This document shows positions 18,603 through 29,660 of a stretch of 64,000 nt of DNA, in pieces. The notes under the pieces are model-generated. The model saw only the letters and a list, made by a program, of their open reading frames with translations. It did no database searches and was not told the DNA's origin. Made by a program: the position numbers and the translations under genes. Where the stretch lies: IMG/VR virus record IMGVR_UViG_3300016464_000385. One strand, given 5' to 3'. This DNA is from an uncultured virus (IMG/VR IMGVR_UViG_3300016464_000385) (Duplodnaviria; Heunggongvirae; Uroviricota; Caudoviricetes). The first letter of the stretch is position 1. Each line of letters starts with the position of its first letter.

Positions 18603-18618
18603 TATTTATATATTTATA
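18603..18618 (-). promoter_or_regulatory. Tandem T4-type late promoters TATAAATA
   Basis: TATTTATA at 18603-18610 and 18611-18618. Confidence 0.65.
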
Positions 18619-19064
18619 TAATCTAAACAAAGGCCAAATATTTTAGTATTTTGATATTGTTCCAATTTATCTTTTGATATATTATCGAAATCTAATATTA
18701 CTTGATTTTGATAAGTTTCTGTATAATTTTGAGTAGGATAAGTCCATATATAACCTTTGCTGGTTATTGTATACTTGTCGTTTTCGTGCCAAAAATAATT
18801 TCCTTGAAATTTTCTATTAAAAAAATATTCCATAGTTTTAGCATTTTTACAATGAATCCATAGATTATCTTTCCTTTCCTCCAGAAATTCAAAATTTATT
18901 TTCCTTTGAGGATAATCATGTCCCAGAAACCATTGTCCATTTAAATCCCAAACATCGACTTCTACATCTAAACCTAGACTTATACAATAGTCAATTCTAT
19001 CAGGATTATTTTCGTATTGTTCTTCTGGGCCAGTTAAATTACCCCTATGCGATATTATTTTCAT
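18606..19064 (-). CDS. Glycerophosphodiester phosphodiesterase-like protein
   Basis: ISHRGN, EN, DVEVDVW, LGHD, WIHCKN. Confidence 0.78.
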   Translation of the reverse strand: MKIISHRGNLTGPEEQYENNPDRIDYCISLGLDVEVDVWDLNGQWFLGHDYPQRKINFEFLEERKDNLWIHCKNAKTMEYFFNRKFQGNYFWHENDKYTITSKGYIWTYPTQNYTETYQNQVILDFDNISKDKLEQYQNTKIFGLCLDYINI

Positions 19065-19672
19065 ACTTTTACGGCAATTTTATTGAAAGGAGGGTCTGTT
19101 TCGCAGAAAGAAATTTGATAACCTTTACTGATCAAAAAATTATCGGTTTCTTCTTTATTTGGAATATGTGCATATTCATATCTAATAACTTTAGGCGAAA
19201 TTTCATCGAAATTAATTTCCTGTAGTATATTAAATTCAAACCCTTCACAATCCATGATAATAAGGTCAATATTTTTAATATTATTATCTGCAATAAAAGA
19301 TTTCCAAGATTTACTTTGGACTGTTATACCTATTCCGTTTATGATTTGAGAACATCCTCCCAAATCTATCATTTGTAATAAACCATCTTCTGAAGTTATT
19401 GCATGATTACAATAAGTTATTTTTTTAGTGCTGCTTGTATATTTTGAATACACGCTGCCTAAATTATCATAATACTTTTTCAGGGGTTCAATTAAAAATA
19501 GATTATAACTATCTAATTCTGATAAAAATTCATGAAACCCGTATTCTTCTCCAACAATCCCATCATTAGCTCCAATTTGAACTATAGTTGGATTTGTTCT
19601 ATCAATATAATCAAAACATTGAGACGGAACGTCGTTTGGAACGAATGGTTTAAATCTTGTTGTTACTTTCAT
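19061..19672 (-). CDS. FkbM-family methyltransferase
   Basis: VQIGANDG, LIEP, IDL..MDCEGFE..IL; start after GGAG SD. Confidence 0.8.
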   Translation of the reverse strand: MKVTTRFKPFVPNDVPSQCFDYIDRTNPTIVQIGANDGIVGEEYGFHEFLSELDSYNLFLIEPLKKYYDNLGSVYSKYTSSTKKITYCNHAITSEDGLLQMIDLGGCSQIINGIGITVQSKSWKSFIADNNIKNIDLIIMDCEGFEFNILQEINFDEISPKVIRYEYAHIPNKEETDNFLISKGYQISFCETDPPFNKIAVKV

Positions 19673-19692
19673 AATCAAATCTCCAATATGGG

Positions 19693-20421
19693 TTACCACT
19701 GACCAACAAAATCATCTCTAGCTCTAAGTAACCTTGCGTGTAATTCGTCTATATGTGAAAACGAATCTCTACTTCTATTCAGGAGAAAACTATGTTTTTT
19801 ATATTCTTCGGAAGTAAAAGCTGGTACAATTGAAGTTAGTTTTTCGAAATTGGTGTAAGGTTTAAAATAGTTTAAAAAATTAAAATCGAATAAAAGAATA
19901 GCGTCGGTAAAGTTATAATTGCATCTAGAATCTATATAAACTTTTTCTTTATGTAATTCTTCTAATTTGGGGAAAAATTCTATTTTATTATCGTACCTAG
20001 AAGATACGATATAATCGTAACTTTCTCCTGTTTCCAAAACATAAGATTCTAATAAAGATAATGATTTTTCAAAAGAATATAAATGAGATCTTAGGTTATA
20101 AAAATTATTTTCACTAAAAAACGATAATCTGGAACATGTTTCTCTTAATTCTTCATAATCAAATTTTTCTTTTGGTTTTTCTTCTAGATATACTTTTGGT
20201 ATATAAAATTTTTGAATTAATTCGTCTGATTTTGGGTGAACGTAATTGTTATGATGCGTTGACCAATCTGAGGAATTAAATACTGTTGACTCTTTATCGA
20301 ACCAATAATGCGCGAATACATCTACCTCTGATTGTTTATATATATGATGTTTGTGAGATTCTTGACCGAATTCATTATCAATAAAACGAGGTTGTCCAAA
20401 AAGACATAATGCAACTTTCAT
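19693..20421 (-). CDS. Putative glycosyltransferase-like protein (paralog of 28160-28831)
   Basis: MKVALCLFGQPR, DVF.H.W, YDYIV.SRYD. Confidence 0.55.
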   Translation of the reverse strand: MKVALCLFGQPRFIDNEFGQESHKHHIYKQSEVDVFAHYWFDKESTVFNSSDWSTHHNNYVHPKSDELIQKFYIPKVYLEEKPKEKFDYEELRETCSRLSFFSENNFYNLRSHLYSFEKSLSLLESYVLETGESYDYIVSSRYDNKIEFFPKLEELHKEKVYIDSRCNYNFTDAILLFDFNFLNYFKPYTNFEKLTSIVPAFTSEEYKKHSFLLNRSRDSFSHIDELHARLLRARDDFVGQW

Positions 20422-21791
20422 TAGTTATAATGCTCTAGGAAATAATTTAAATCTTCTGGTGTACCGATCCCCCACATTTTATCAATTTGTTTGGCTCTAA
20501 TTTTCTTTCCATCTTGAATAGCTTCATTAAATACTGGGCAAACGTAGAACTCGTTATTGGTTCTAATATTCTTTTCTATCATTTGTTCAGCGTATTTAAC
20601 GTAGTCTGAGCCTTTTTTCCAGAAATATATCCCAACGGTAGCGTCGGTACTTATTTGTTTCTTTTCCGCGACTTCCGAGATAAATCCGTCGGTTCCAATC
20701 TTAGCATAAGACCATTTTGGATGCGTTGCTTCAAAAGTAACGATACCTCCATCAATTTCTTCGGCATTAAATGCATATAAACATTCATTACTATTCCATT
20801 CTACAAATTGATCAGAATTAGCCATTAATAAAGGTTCGTCGTTATTGATAAACTCTTTTGCTAATAGAGTAGTGCAAGCGGCTCCTTCCGTCAATCCATC
20901 TACTTGTACTATTTTACAATTAGGAGAAATTAAATTTAGTAAATATTGCAGATTATATTTCTCGTAATGTTCTTTCTGTACAATAAAGATATAATTTGCT
21001 TCAATATTCAAGTTTTCTACAACCACTTGAATCATTGGTTTTCCATTTACTTCAATCAAAGGTTTTGGAAAAGTATATCCAGCCGAAGCAAATCTACTTC
21101 CAGAACCGGCCATAGGTATAAGTACATTCATTTTTTCCGATCTCCATGGAACATTTGTTTTTTCTATTTTATTCAGTAATCGAATAGCCTCATTTATTTT
21201 AGATTCGTTTACATCATATCTATTTTCTACGGGAATTAAAATTGAGCCGCTATCTATGGCTCCTTGCCTACCTATATGACTATCTTCAAAAATGACTGTG
21301 TTTTTAGGAATTGCATTTAAAGCTGTCATACATTTCCAATACATTTCTGGAAAAGGTTTGTTCCTAAGAACATCCTCGTTACTAACAAAATAATCAATAT
21401 ATTCTAATATACCGAGTTTTAGTAAAATTATTTTTACTGTATTTCTAATGCTATTAGAAGCAACGGCAATTTTAATATCCTCGCTTTGTATTTTCCTGAA
21501 ATATTTAATTAATTCTTGATCCGGATTTAATTCAGAAAAAATATCAATAGTTGATTTCTGTTTATCTTCCCATATTTGTTGATATTTATCTACAGGTAAT
21601 CCTTTCTTTTCTGTTAATAATGCAAGTTTTTTTGATGTTGGTAATCCGTCATATAGACTCAGATGTTCTTCCCAACTAATAACATATTTTTTGTCTACAT
21701 TAGATATAGATCTATTTAATGCCTCGTAGTGCTTATCTCTACTATCAATCAAAACGCCATCAAGATCAAATATTATTAATTTATTGCTCAT
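20421..21791 (-). CDS. HAD phosphatase fused to sugar-nucleotidyltransferase
   Basis: FDLDGVLID, KPFPE, FEDS; then LIPMAG.GSRF...GY..PKPLI, NSDQ, EK, GTPEDL. Confidence 0.85.
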   Translation of the reverse strand: MSNKLIIFDLDGVLIDSRDKHYEALNRSISNVDKKYVISWEEHLSLYDGLPTSKKLALLTEKKGLPVDKYQQIWEDKQKSTIDIFSELNPDQELIKYFRKIQSEDIKIAVASNSIRNTVKIILLKLGILEYIDYFVSNEDVLRNKPFPEMYWKCMTALNAIPKNTVIFEDSHIGRQGAIDSGSILIPVENRYDVNESKINEAIRLLNKIEKTNVPWRSEKMNVLIPMAGSGSRFASAGYTFPKPLIEVNGKPMIQVVVENLNIEANYIFIVQKEHYEKYNLQYLLNLISPNCKIVQVDGLTEGAACTTLLAKEFINNDEPLLMANSDQFVEWNSNECLYAFNAEEIDGGIVTFEATHPKWSYAKIGTDGFISEVAEKKQISTDATVGIYFWKKGSDYVKYAEQMIEKNIRTNNEFYVCPVFNEAIQDGKKIRAKQIDKMWGIGTPEDLNYFLEHYN

Positions 21792-22903
21792 AGAAAAATT
21801 GCTGTTGAGTTAACTTCTAGAATAGATTCTTTAATTTCATTCGTATATATACCTCCCCTTAAAATAATTTTTGGAGAAGAGATTCCTCTTAAAATTTCAA
21901 CAGGCTTTACGATTAAATTAGTTCCATATAAACGTTTTTCGTGTTTAGTTGGATCGTTATCTAAAATATTAATAATTTGATTTTCTGATACTCCTAGATT
22001 CAATATTATCTGAGAAAATATATGAGCGCCAAATAAAAATACTTGTTCTTCGCCAATATTATTTTTCATTAATAAGCAATCTGATTTTATAACGCTAACG
22101 TACTCATCAAACAACTTTTCAATATAAGAAAAATCTATATTCTTCATTTTTATATTTTTTGATTTTTCTGCTCTAAAGAAAATAGAATGACCATCAATTT
22201 CTTTTTCTGTCACCACAAATCCGGATTTATTTAAAAGAGCCTCGAGAACAAATTCATCAACATAAAACGTGTGTTCAAAAAATAGAGTGTTGGTAAACCC
22301 ATAATGTAACCAATGTCTCATATTAGGGATAGATATGTAATGATTGTCTCCATAATCCAAAATAGATTCTATCTTATTCAAGAAATTAATTGGATTATAA
22401 ACGTGTTCAAATACATGAGAATGGATTATTGTATCAAAACGATCTTTTTCAATATCACAAGTTTCGAAGAATCCTTCTATGAAATTTACTCTAGGATCAA
22501 TTTTTTCTTTATTAGGAGAAGGCTCAATTATAGTCCATGAAAAATTTTTATCTTCATCAATAAAATTCTTAACCAGAGAACCGCTAGAACCTCCAACTTC
22601 AAGTATCTTTTTATAGTATTTCTTTTTGATGAAAGAAGAAAACTTTTTATGATGATCTTTCCATATCTTTCCAACAGATCCTGGGTTATGATAATCTGAA
22701 TATAAAATATTTAATGGTATTAGATTCATCAATTGAATGATACCATCATCAGATACACCGAAATTCATATCAACAAAAATGTCGTCTTTATTATCTTTGG
22801 ACGGTTCGCATCCTGATCTAATCGGAAAATTAATTAAACTGAATTTTTCTTTTAATTCTAATTCTTCATTAAATACGCTATGGGTTCTTTTTATTATATT
22901 CAT
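21788..22903 (-). CDS. Class I SAM methyltransferase (sugar C-methyltransferase-like)
   Basis: LEVGGSSG, HSHVFEH, FEHTFY, FGA, DND..K. Confidence 0.75.
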   Translation of the reverse strand: MNIIKRTHSVFNEELELKEKFSLINFPIRSGCEPSKDNKDDIFVDMNFGVSDDGIIQLMNLIPLNILYSDYHNPGSVGKIWKDHHKKFSSFIKKKYYKKILEVGGSSGSLVKNFIDEDKNFSWTIIEPSPNKEKIDPRVNFIEGFFETCDIEKDRFDTIIHSHVFEHVYNPINFLNKIESILDYGDNHYISIPNMRHWLHYGFTNTLFFEHTFYVDEFVLEALLNKSGFVVTEKEIDGHSIFFRAEKSKNIKMKNIDFSYIEKLFDEYVSVIKSDCLLMKNNIGEEQVFLFGAHIFSQIILNLGVSENQIINILDNDPTKHEKRLYGTNLIVKPVEILRGISSPKIILRGGIYTNEIKESILEVNSTAIFL

Positions 22904-22904
22904 A

Positions 22905-23885
22905 TTATTTCAAAAACACTTCATTAAATTTATTCATGACGTTTACTGGAGAAAATTGTTCGACTATAGATTTATAATCTATATCGCTTCCGTTTTTTAA
23001 TTCCATTAACTTTTGATATAGTTCATTCGGATTATTATATATCAAATTATATTTTTCTGTTAATTCTACGTTATGTTTATCTGGCCCTCCCCCAAAAGAA
23101 AGAACTGGTTTATTATGGAATAATCCTTCGCATATAGACAAACCAAAAGATTCGCCTAACGATCTAGCCTGAAGCATAATATCGCAAGCTAAAATGAAAT
23201 TAGTTTTATCTTGAGGATCAAAAACAGAATCCAAATATATTACATTAGGATGATAGATAAAAGGGTTTGTATTTAAAAATAAAAATACAAAAGAGTTATC
23301 TGTAGATAGTATATACTTAACTACTTCTTGAGCAAAAATAATATCAAATTCATGAAATCCTCCATGTCTACCAATTACAGTTTTACTTTTATCTATTCCC
23401 AAACGTTCTCTAAGATCTTCAGTTTGATTTTCTGGTAAAGTAACTATATGAGGAACATAGTTGAAAGTTGGATCGTTAGCAGTTGCGTGATTTTTAAGCC
23501 AATTAGATATATAAGCGTATCTATGTCCATGAGGCTGATAATGATTAAAGACGCAATGGATTAAGTTTATCTTTCCTTCTAGATAATCGTTATCCATCAT
23601 TCCAGCTTTTAGGTAGTGAACGTATTCACAACCTCTATTATCTAGCTCAGACTTCAGTTCTTCTTTATTTTCGTATTCAATTGTATCGAAGTTGTTTCTG
23701 AAAAATTCTGCAATTTCAAACCTTCTTGTTGAATTAATTTCATCATTAGGGCCAAGAAGGTTTTTGGGATATGATATAATACTTTTATTATTTAATATGG
23801 ATTGATTATATGTTGCATAATCTATAACAGCGGTTGTTGTACCTCTGAAAGTCAGATTATTTAAATGGAACATTATACTTTTCAT
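22905..23885 (-). CDS. GT-B (GT4-like) glycosyltransferase
   Basis: RGT..A..DYA, HCVF, GRHGG, GESFGLSICE. Confidence 0.75.
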   Translation of the reverse strand: MKSIMFHLNNLTFRGTTTAVIDYATYNQSILNNKSIISYPKNLLGPNDEINSTRRFEIAEFFRNNFDTIEYENKEELKSELDNRGCEYVHYLKAGMMDNDYLEGKINLIHCVFNHYQPHGHRYAYISNWLKNHATANDPTFNYVPHIVTLPENQTEDLRERLGIDKSKTVIGRHGGFHEFDIIFAQEVVKYILSTDNSFVFLFLNTNPFIYHPNVIYLDSVFDPQDKTNFILACDIMLQARSLGESFGLSICEGLFHNKPVLSFGGGPDKHNVELTEKYNLIYNNPNELYQKLMELKNGSDIDYKSIVEQFSPVNVMNKFNEVFLK

Positions 23886-24736
23886 AATATAAACTCTAAT
23901 ATTTCTTTTTTCAAATTTTGTTCATTATCATCAATAACATATTTATAATCACACTTCACTTCCATCTCGAATGGAATAACATTAACTGGATTATTACCAA
24001 AACATAAAATACGTTTATTTTTATCATTTAAGTTGTCTTTATGCATACAAAAAGTAAATGGACCAGAACTTCTGCCAATTATTTTAGAACAAAATTTTGA
24101 AAGATATCCTATTTCATTTACATCAGGGAAACATCCAGTCATATATTCTGTAAATAATATATTTGATTCTTTCGTATAGAATTTTTCTGTTACGATGAAT
24201 AATTTCTCAGGATTGGCTTTAGCAGATTCTATTATAATTTCTTGTAAATTGCTATTATTAAAATTTTGATCGGATAAAGCTGGTCCATTTGAAAATAATA
24301 TTTTTTCCTGAGGATTTTCTGACAAGAAAGCATCTATTCCTTTTATGTAGTAATTATTATATTCAATAAAAGGGAAGTATTCTTCTGGAGCAGGATTAAG
24401 TTTTACGTCCGTCTTGTATATTACGTTCAATTTTCCTACTAAATCTGTAAACATTTCATACAATAATTTAAGATTACAACCAGAATAATAAAAATGTCCA
24501 AGATAATTACCAATCCAAGAATTGATATAAATTTCGTCGTTAATTTCTAATAATTTATCCGGAAGATTTATATTACCGGAAATAACATTCAATTTGATAT
24601 CTTGGAGTATGTAAGGATGCCTTCCATGAATATAAAAGTATTCAGCGGGGAAATTGTCCATTATAAATTTTATAAAAGATTTACAAATAAACAAATCCCC
24701 GTTATGAAAGTTATTGAAGAATATTATTTTCCTCAT
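23882..24736 (-). CDS. Hypothetical protein, possible GT-B glycosyltransferase
   Basis: HNGDLF, IIGRSSGP (GT9-like pattern); in glycan island. Confidence 0.5.
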   Translation of the reverse strand: MRKIIFFNNFHNGDLFICKSFIKFIMDNFPAEYFYIHGRHPYILQDIKLNVISGNINLPDKLLEINDEIYINSWIGNYLGHFYYSGCNLKLLYEMFTDLVGKLNVIYKTDVKLNPAPEEYFPFIEYNNYYIKGIDAFLSENPQEKILFSNGPALSDQNFNNSNLQEIIIESAKANPEKLFIVTEKFYTKESNILFTEYMTGCFPDVNEIGYLSKFCSKIIGRSSGPFTFCMHKDNLNDKNKRILCFGNNPVNVIPFEMEVKCDYKYVIDDNEQNLKKEILEFIL

Positions 24737-25956
24737 ACATTTTCAATTATTTTAAATTTCGGACAGGGCACAATAAATTTACCTCCGGAATTTAAATAAT
24801 CTTGTTCTCTTTCTGTAAATTCGTTAATAAAATGCCAAGGTAAAACTAATAGATAATCAGGTTTTTGTTCCCTCATATAATCTTCAGAATAAATTGGGAT
24901 ATTAGTACCAACAGTCTTTAATCCGAATTTATAAGGACTTCTTTCGGCAATTCCATCTATTAACGTATTATCTAAATCAAAATATTGAAGCAGAGTGTTG
25001 CCTTTTGTGGATGCTCCATATCCCCAAACACTTTTACCTTCGGATTTTGCGTTTACAATAAATTCTCTTACTTGATCTTTTAATTCAAGTAATCTTTTAT
25101 AAAAATCTTCCCAGATTTCAGGAGTATTATATCCTTTAGCCGTTTCATATTCTAATAGAGAATTTACTCTAAAAGAACAAACGTCTCTATATGGCTGAGT
25201 TGAAAACATAGTATCATCACAAACTTCTTTGACAGCATATACTCTAAAAGAACCTCCATTGATGTCATTTAATTGACAATCCATTATTCTAAATCCATTT
25301 TTTTCGAATAAAAGTTTAATATTAGTTAGATTATAATAATATAGATGTTCATGACAAATATTATCGAAAGCCATTTGTTCAATCATCAAAGGAGTATAAC
25401 TCATTTGAACCACAAATAATCCATTATCATCCATAATTTCATAAACATCTTGTAAAAATGTATCTGGATCTTCTAAATCATAGAACATTGCTATAGTAGT
25501 TACTACAGAAGCTTTTTCTTCTCCATATAAAGAATTTAGATAAGACTTCTTATTGAAATAATCCTGAATGATTAAATCTGCATGATTTCTGGATTCTTTG
25601 ACGAAAGAATCTTCTACAGGATCTATACCGACTCGAATTAAATCTTCGTTGACATAACTTAATAGGGTTCCATCATTACAAGCTATATCTAACCACAAAG
25701 AACCTTTTTTCAATTTTTTAATAGAATTGACTGATTCTACTATAGATTTAAGTTCCTTCTTCATGGTCTCATTAATACCAGAACGATACCAATACTTTCC
25801 GTACATTGCTTCTGGTGGAGCACTTTCGCTCAATCTAGTAGCTAATCTAGCTTCATCGAACATCATCTTCATTTCAACGGGATCGCATCTTGGAGCTTCG
25901 TTTTCTTCTAGAAAATCAGAAACATACATTTTACCAATAGTAAATAATTCTTTCAT
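24733..25956 (-). CDS. NDP-hexose C-methyltransferase
   Basis: YWYRSG, DIACNDGTLL, FDNICHEH..YY, NGGS, YGASTKGNTLLQ, LPWHF. Confidence 0.85.
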   Translation of the reverse strand: MKELFTIGKMYVSDFLEENEAPRCDPVEMKMMFDEARLATRLSESAPPEAMYGKYWYRSGINETMKKELKSIVESVNSIKKLKKGSLWLDIACNDGTLLSYVNEDLIRVGIDPVEDSFVKESRNHADLIIQDYFNKKSYLNSLYGEEKASVVTTIAMFYDLEDPDTFLQDVYEIMDDNGLFVVQMSYTPLMIEQMAFDNICHEHLYYYNLTNIKLLFEKNGFRIMDCQLNDINGGSFRVYAVKEVCDDTMFSTQPYRDVCSFRVNSLLEYETAKGYNTPEIWEDFYKRLLELKDQVREFIVNAKSEGKSVWGYGASTKGNTLLQYFDLDNTLIDGIAERSPYKFGLKTVGTNIPIYSEDYMREQKPDYLLVLPWHFINEFTEREQDYLNSGGKFIVPCPKFKIIENV

Positions 25957-25961
25957 AATAA

Positions 25962-26216
25962 TCAATCCTTTCCATACATTTTTGTACTACCTTGTTTGTA
26001 TAATTTTTGGGTAGTATTATTTTTAACCAAATAATTAATTTTCTCATCAATTTCTTGAATAAGGTCATTTCTTTGTTGATTACAGATATTAGTTAATCTA
26101 GTTGCGTCAGCAATTTGTTTATCCGATGCATCAGGAATTCTTTTAATATCTTCAGCCATCCATATTCTAAGGTTAACCACGCTCAACTTATCAATCAAAT
26201 TTCCAATAGTTTCCAT
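25962..26216 (-). CDS. Small helical protein (DUF4254-like)
   Basis: ETIG.LIDKLS..NL.IW..ED, N.QRN.LI.EID. Confidence 0.6.
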   Translation of the reverse strand: METIGNLIDKLSVVNLRIWMAEDIKRIPDASDKQIADATRLTNICNQQRNDLIQEIDEKINYLVKNNTTQKLYKQGSTKMYGKD

Positions 26217-27148
26217 TACATCCTCACATCATTCTGTTTAAACCATTCATAAGTTTTTTCTAAACCTTCTTTCAAAGAATATTTAGGCGTCCATCCTAAA
26301 GATTTAATTTTAGAAAAATCTAAAGGTCTTTTTTGGGTTCCATTAGGTTTAGAAGTATCCCATACTATTTCTCCTTTAAATCCTACTATATCAGAAATAG
26401 TATGAGCTAATTCTTTAATAGAGACATCATAACCAGAACCGACATTTATCAACTCAGCATTTTCCAATTCTGAATTCATAAGGAATATACAAGAATCTGC
26501 CATATCATCTGCATACAAAAATTCTCTCATAGCAGTTCCATCTCCCCAAAATTCAACTTTATCCCTGGCCCCGAATAAACTAAATTTAGTAAACATTGCC
26601 GGAATAACATGACCGTTCATTGGATGAAAATTATCATTTGGTCCGTACAAATTAGCTGGCATTATAGAAACGGATTTAAATCCATATTGCTTATTATATG
26701 CCTCGCACATTTTAATTCCTGAAATTTTAGCAATGGCATAAGCATCGTTGGTTGGTTCTAATTTACCAGTCAATAGACTTTCTTCTTTTACTGGAGTTTC
26801 TGCGAATTTAGGATAAATACAAACGCTTCCAAGAAAAAGGAATTTCTTCGCTCCGAATACATGAGAATTATGAATCAAGTTTGTTTGAATCATAATATTG
26901 TCGTAAATAAATTCTGCAGAATATGTATCATTAGCATATATTCCACCGACCTTTGCAGCAGCATCAAAAACATAATCTGGTCTATGCCAATGAAAGAATT
27001 TCCTCACTTCGTCTTGATTTCTCAGATCAAGTTCTTTGCTAGTTCTGGTTATAATATTTGTATAGCCCAGTTCAGTTAATCTCCTTATTATAGCTGAACC
27101 GACCAACCCTTTATGTCCAGCAACATAAATTTTATCTTGATAATTCAT
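26216..27148 (-). CDS. fcl: GDP-L-fucose synthase
   Basis: [44 protein letters not shown]...REF. Confidence 0.93.
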   Translation of the reverse strand: MNYQDKIYVAGHKGLVGSAIIRRLTELGYTNIITRTSKELDLRNQDEVRKFFHWHRPDYVFDAAAKVGGIYANDTYSAEFIYDNIMIQTNLIHNSHVFGAKKFLFLGSVCIYPKFAETPVKEESLLTGKLEPTNDAYAIAKISGIKMCEAYNKQYGFKSVSIMPANLYGPNDNFHPMNGHVIPAMFTKFSLFGARDKVEFWGDGTAMREFLYADDMADSCIFLMNSELENAELINVGSGYDVSIKELAHTISDIVGFKGEIVWDTSKPNGTQKRPLDFSKIKSLGWTPKYSLKEGLEKTYEWFKQNDVRM

Positions 27149-28145
27149 TTATACACATCTCCACAACTAAATCTTCAAATGAATATTCTGGTTTCCAATT
27201 TAAATTTGTTCTTGCTTTAGTAGAATCTCCTAATAACGTAGCAACTTCAGTTGGTCTGAAATATTTAGAATCTACAGCCACCACAACGTTTCCGGTATTT
27301 TTATCAATTCCAACTTCATCTAATCCAGTCCCTTCCCATACAATATTCATTCCAAAATACGAAGAACAAAAATTTACAAACTGCCTGACTGAATATTGTT
27401 TACCCGTTGCTATTACATAATCGTCAGGTTTATCGTGTTGTAACATTAAATACATTGCTCTACAATAATCTTTAGCATGACCCCAGTCCCTCAAAGCATC
27501 TAAATTACCAAGATATAAACAAGAAGATTGCTTCTTACGGATTTGATTTAATCCCATAACAATTTTCTGAGTAACAAAGGTTTCTCCTCTTCTTGAAGAT
27601 TCATGGTTGAAAAGAATACCATTACAAGCGAAAATATTATACGCTTCTCTATAGTTCTTAAGAATCCAAAATCCATATAGTTTAGCAACACCGTATGGAC
27701 TTCTTGGATAAAAGGGAGTAGTTTCTGATTGAGGAGTTTCTTGAACTAAACCGTATAGTTCTGAGGTAGAAGCTTGGTAAAACTTTACTGAGTTTTCCAT
27801 TCCTAATAGACGAATAGATTCCAGAATCCTTAGAGTACCCAAGGCATCAACGTTACCTGTATACTCTGGAATTTCAAAAGAAACCATTACATGAGATTGA
27901 GCAGCAAGATTATAAATTTCGTCTGGTTTAATTGTTTGTATCAAACGAGTTACATTCAGAGAATCTGTTACATCTCCATAATGTAATTTAAAATTTTTAT
28001 TTTTATAGATATGATCGACTCTAGAGGTATTATAAGAAGAAGATCTTCTTTTTACTCCATGAACTTCATATCCCTTTTCTAATAAAATTTCTGATAGGTA
28101 TGAACCGTCTTGTCCAGTCACTCCAAAAATCAAAGCCTTTTTCAT
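27132..28145 (-). CDS. gmd: GDP-mannose 4,6-dehydratase
   Basis: [47 protein letters not shown]. Confidence 0.96.
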   Translation of the reverse strand: MKKALIFGVTGQDGSYLSEILLEKGYEVHGVKRRSSSYNTSRVDHIYKNKNFKLHYGDVTDSLNVTRLIQTIKPDEIYNLAAQSHVMVSFEIPEYTGNVDALGTLRILESIRLLGMENSVKFYQASTSELYGLVQETPQSETTPFYPRSPYGVAKLYGFWILKNYREAYNIFACNGILFNHESSRRGETFVTQKIVMGLNQIRKKQSSCLYLGNLDALRDWGHAKDYCRAMYLMLQHDKPDDYVIATGKQYSVRQFVNFCSSYFGMNIVWEGTGLDEVGIDKNTGNVVVAVDSKYFRPTEVATLLGDSTKARTNLNWKPEYSFEDLVVEMCINELSR

Positions 28146-28159
28146 AATATACCTCTAAA

Positions 28160-28831
28160 TTATTTATTAACCCAAAAATCAAAATCATCCCTAATCAAGC
28201 TATGAGGCATAATGCCATATTTGTCAGGGGGAAATGGATCATTCATATCTATATATTCGACTCTATTCCAAACGTTATATAATTTCAAATTTCTGGCTAG
28301 TAAATCTTCTCCGGCAAAACTACAACCAGAATCTATAAAATGGAATATATTATTTAATGTAAAAGAATATAACTCAGCATTGTTCGAAGAGGATATTGAA
28401 ATTTGATCGTTACAAATATCATCCCTCAAAGATTTAGGTACATATAATTTCTTTTGATCTAATTTAGAAAAGTCCGGAGAAAAATTCAAAGCATAATCGT
28501 ATCTGCTCCTTACTACCCAATCATACTTAAAATCTTCGTCGTTTTCTGTTTCTTGAAGCAAAGAATATGATTGTTTAATTCCATAAAATAACGAAAATAT
28601 GTTATAATTGCAATATTGAGAAAATCTTTCCAGATTAATATTCAAGGGTTTTTGTACCTTGATACTTTTTGGTTTATATAAATCTATCAGTTTACTATAA
28701 TCAAAGAAATCATAGTACCAAGTATGGAGAAAAACATCAACATCATAAACGTCCAACAAATTCTTTTTGTAATATTCAAATCCTTTTTCAAAACTTCTGG
28801 GTTGGCCAGACAAACATAATGCAACTTTCAT
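28160..28831 (-). CDS. Putative glycosyltransferase-like protein (paralog of 19693-20421)
   Basis: MKVALCLSGQPR, DVFLHTW, YDWVVRSRYD. Confidence 0.55.
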   Translation of the reverse strand: MKVALCLSGQPRSFEKGFEYYKKNLLDVYDVDVFLHTWYYDFFDYSKLIDLYKPKSIKVQKPLNINLERFSQYCNYNIFSLFYGIKQSYSLLQETENDEDFKYDWVVRSRYDYALNFSPDFSKLDQKKLYVPKSLRDDICNDQISISSSNNAELYSFTLNNIFHFIDSGCSFAGEDLLARNLKLYNVWNRVEYIDMNDPFPPDKYGIMPHSLIRDDFDFWVNK

Positions 28832-28838
28832 AATAACC

Positions 28839-29660
28839 TCAAATTAATTTTTCTATAATTTCTTCCATATTTTTATATTTTCTCTGGAATTGTAAAGCGT
28901 TTAATTTCTCTACATCAAGCAACATATCTTTAGATTGAACTTTAGTATGAAATTCTGATGGAAATGTATTGATGATTTCGCTTTTGCTATTTAATTTAGC
29001 TTTAGCTAAATTTATCATTTCTAAAAATTCCACTTTATCTCCAGAACCTACGTTATATATTTGGTTTGGAGCAGAAGTATTGATTATAATATTTATTGCA
29101 GAAACGACATCTTCAACATGCATATAATCTCTGTAAAAATGTCCACCATTATATAAACTAACAGGTTCTCCAGATTTTAATTGATTCAGTATATATTGAA
29201 AAGCGTTTTTCTTTTTTGATACTTTATTATCAGATTTACCTAGAACATTACATAATCTAAGAATCCTGTAATCAATTTCAAATGTTTCGCAATACGATAT
29301 GAGCAGATCTTCCGCAGCTTTTTTAGTTATTGAATAAAACCCTTTTGGAGAACACGAATAACTTTCTTTTGCTGGTAATTCGCAGTCTCCATAAACAAAC
29401 CAACTACTGATAAAATTGAATGTAAAATCTTTTCCGTATTTGATTTTACATTCGTTTAACGTTTTCATCAAAATTATTAGATTAGTTTCTATATCTATCA
29501 AAGGATCTTCGAATACATTGTAATTATCTACAGTAGAAATAAAATATAATATATTATTACTTTTTGGAATTAAATCCCCTTTTTCGTTTATTAATCCTGA
29601 ATAATTTTTATGATATTCTTTTCCAATAAATCCACATCCGTAGATATTTACTTCATTCAT
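28839..29660 (-). CDS. NAD-dependent NDP-sugar epimerase/reductase
   Basis: G.GFIG, SSWFVYG, YSITK, RDYMHV.D, YNVGSG. Confidence 0.85.
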   Translation of the reverse strand: MNEVNIYGCGFIGKEYHKNYSGLINEKGDLIPKSNNILYFISTVDNYNVFEDPLIDIETNLIILMKTLNECKIKYGKDFTFNFISSWFVYGDCELPAKESYSCSPKGFYSITKKAAEDLLISYCETFEIDYRILRLCNVLGKSDNKVSKKKNAFQYILNQLKSGEPVSLYNGGHFYRDYMHVEDVVSAINIIINTSAPNQIYNVGSGDKVEFLEMINLAKAKLNSKSEIINTFPSEFHTKVQSKDMLLDVEKLNALQFQRKYKNMEEIIEKLI

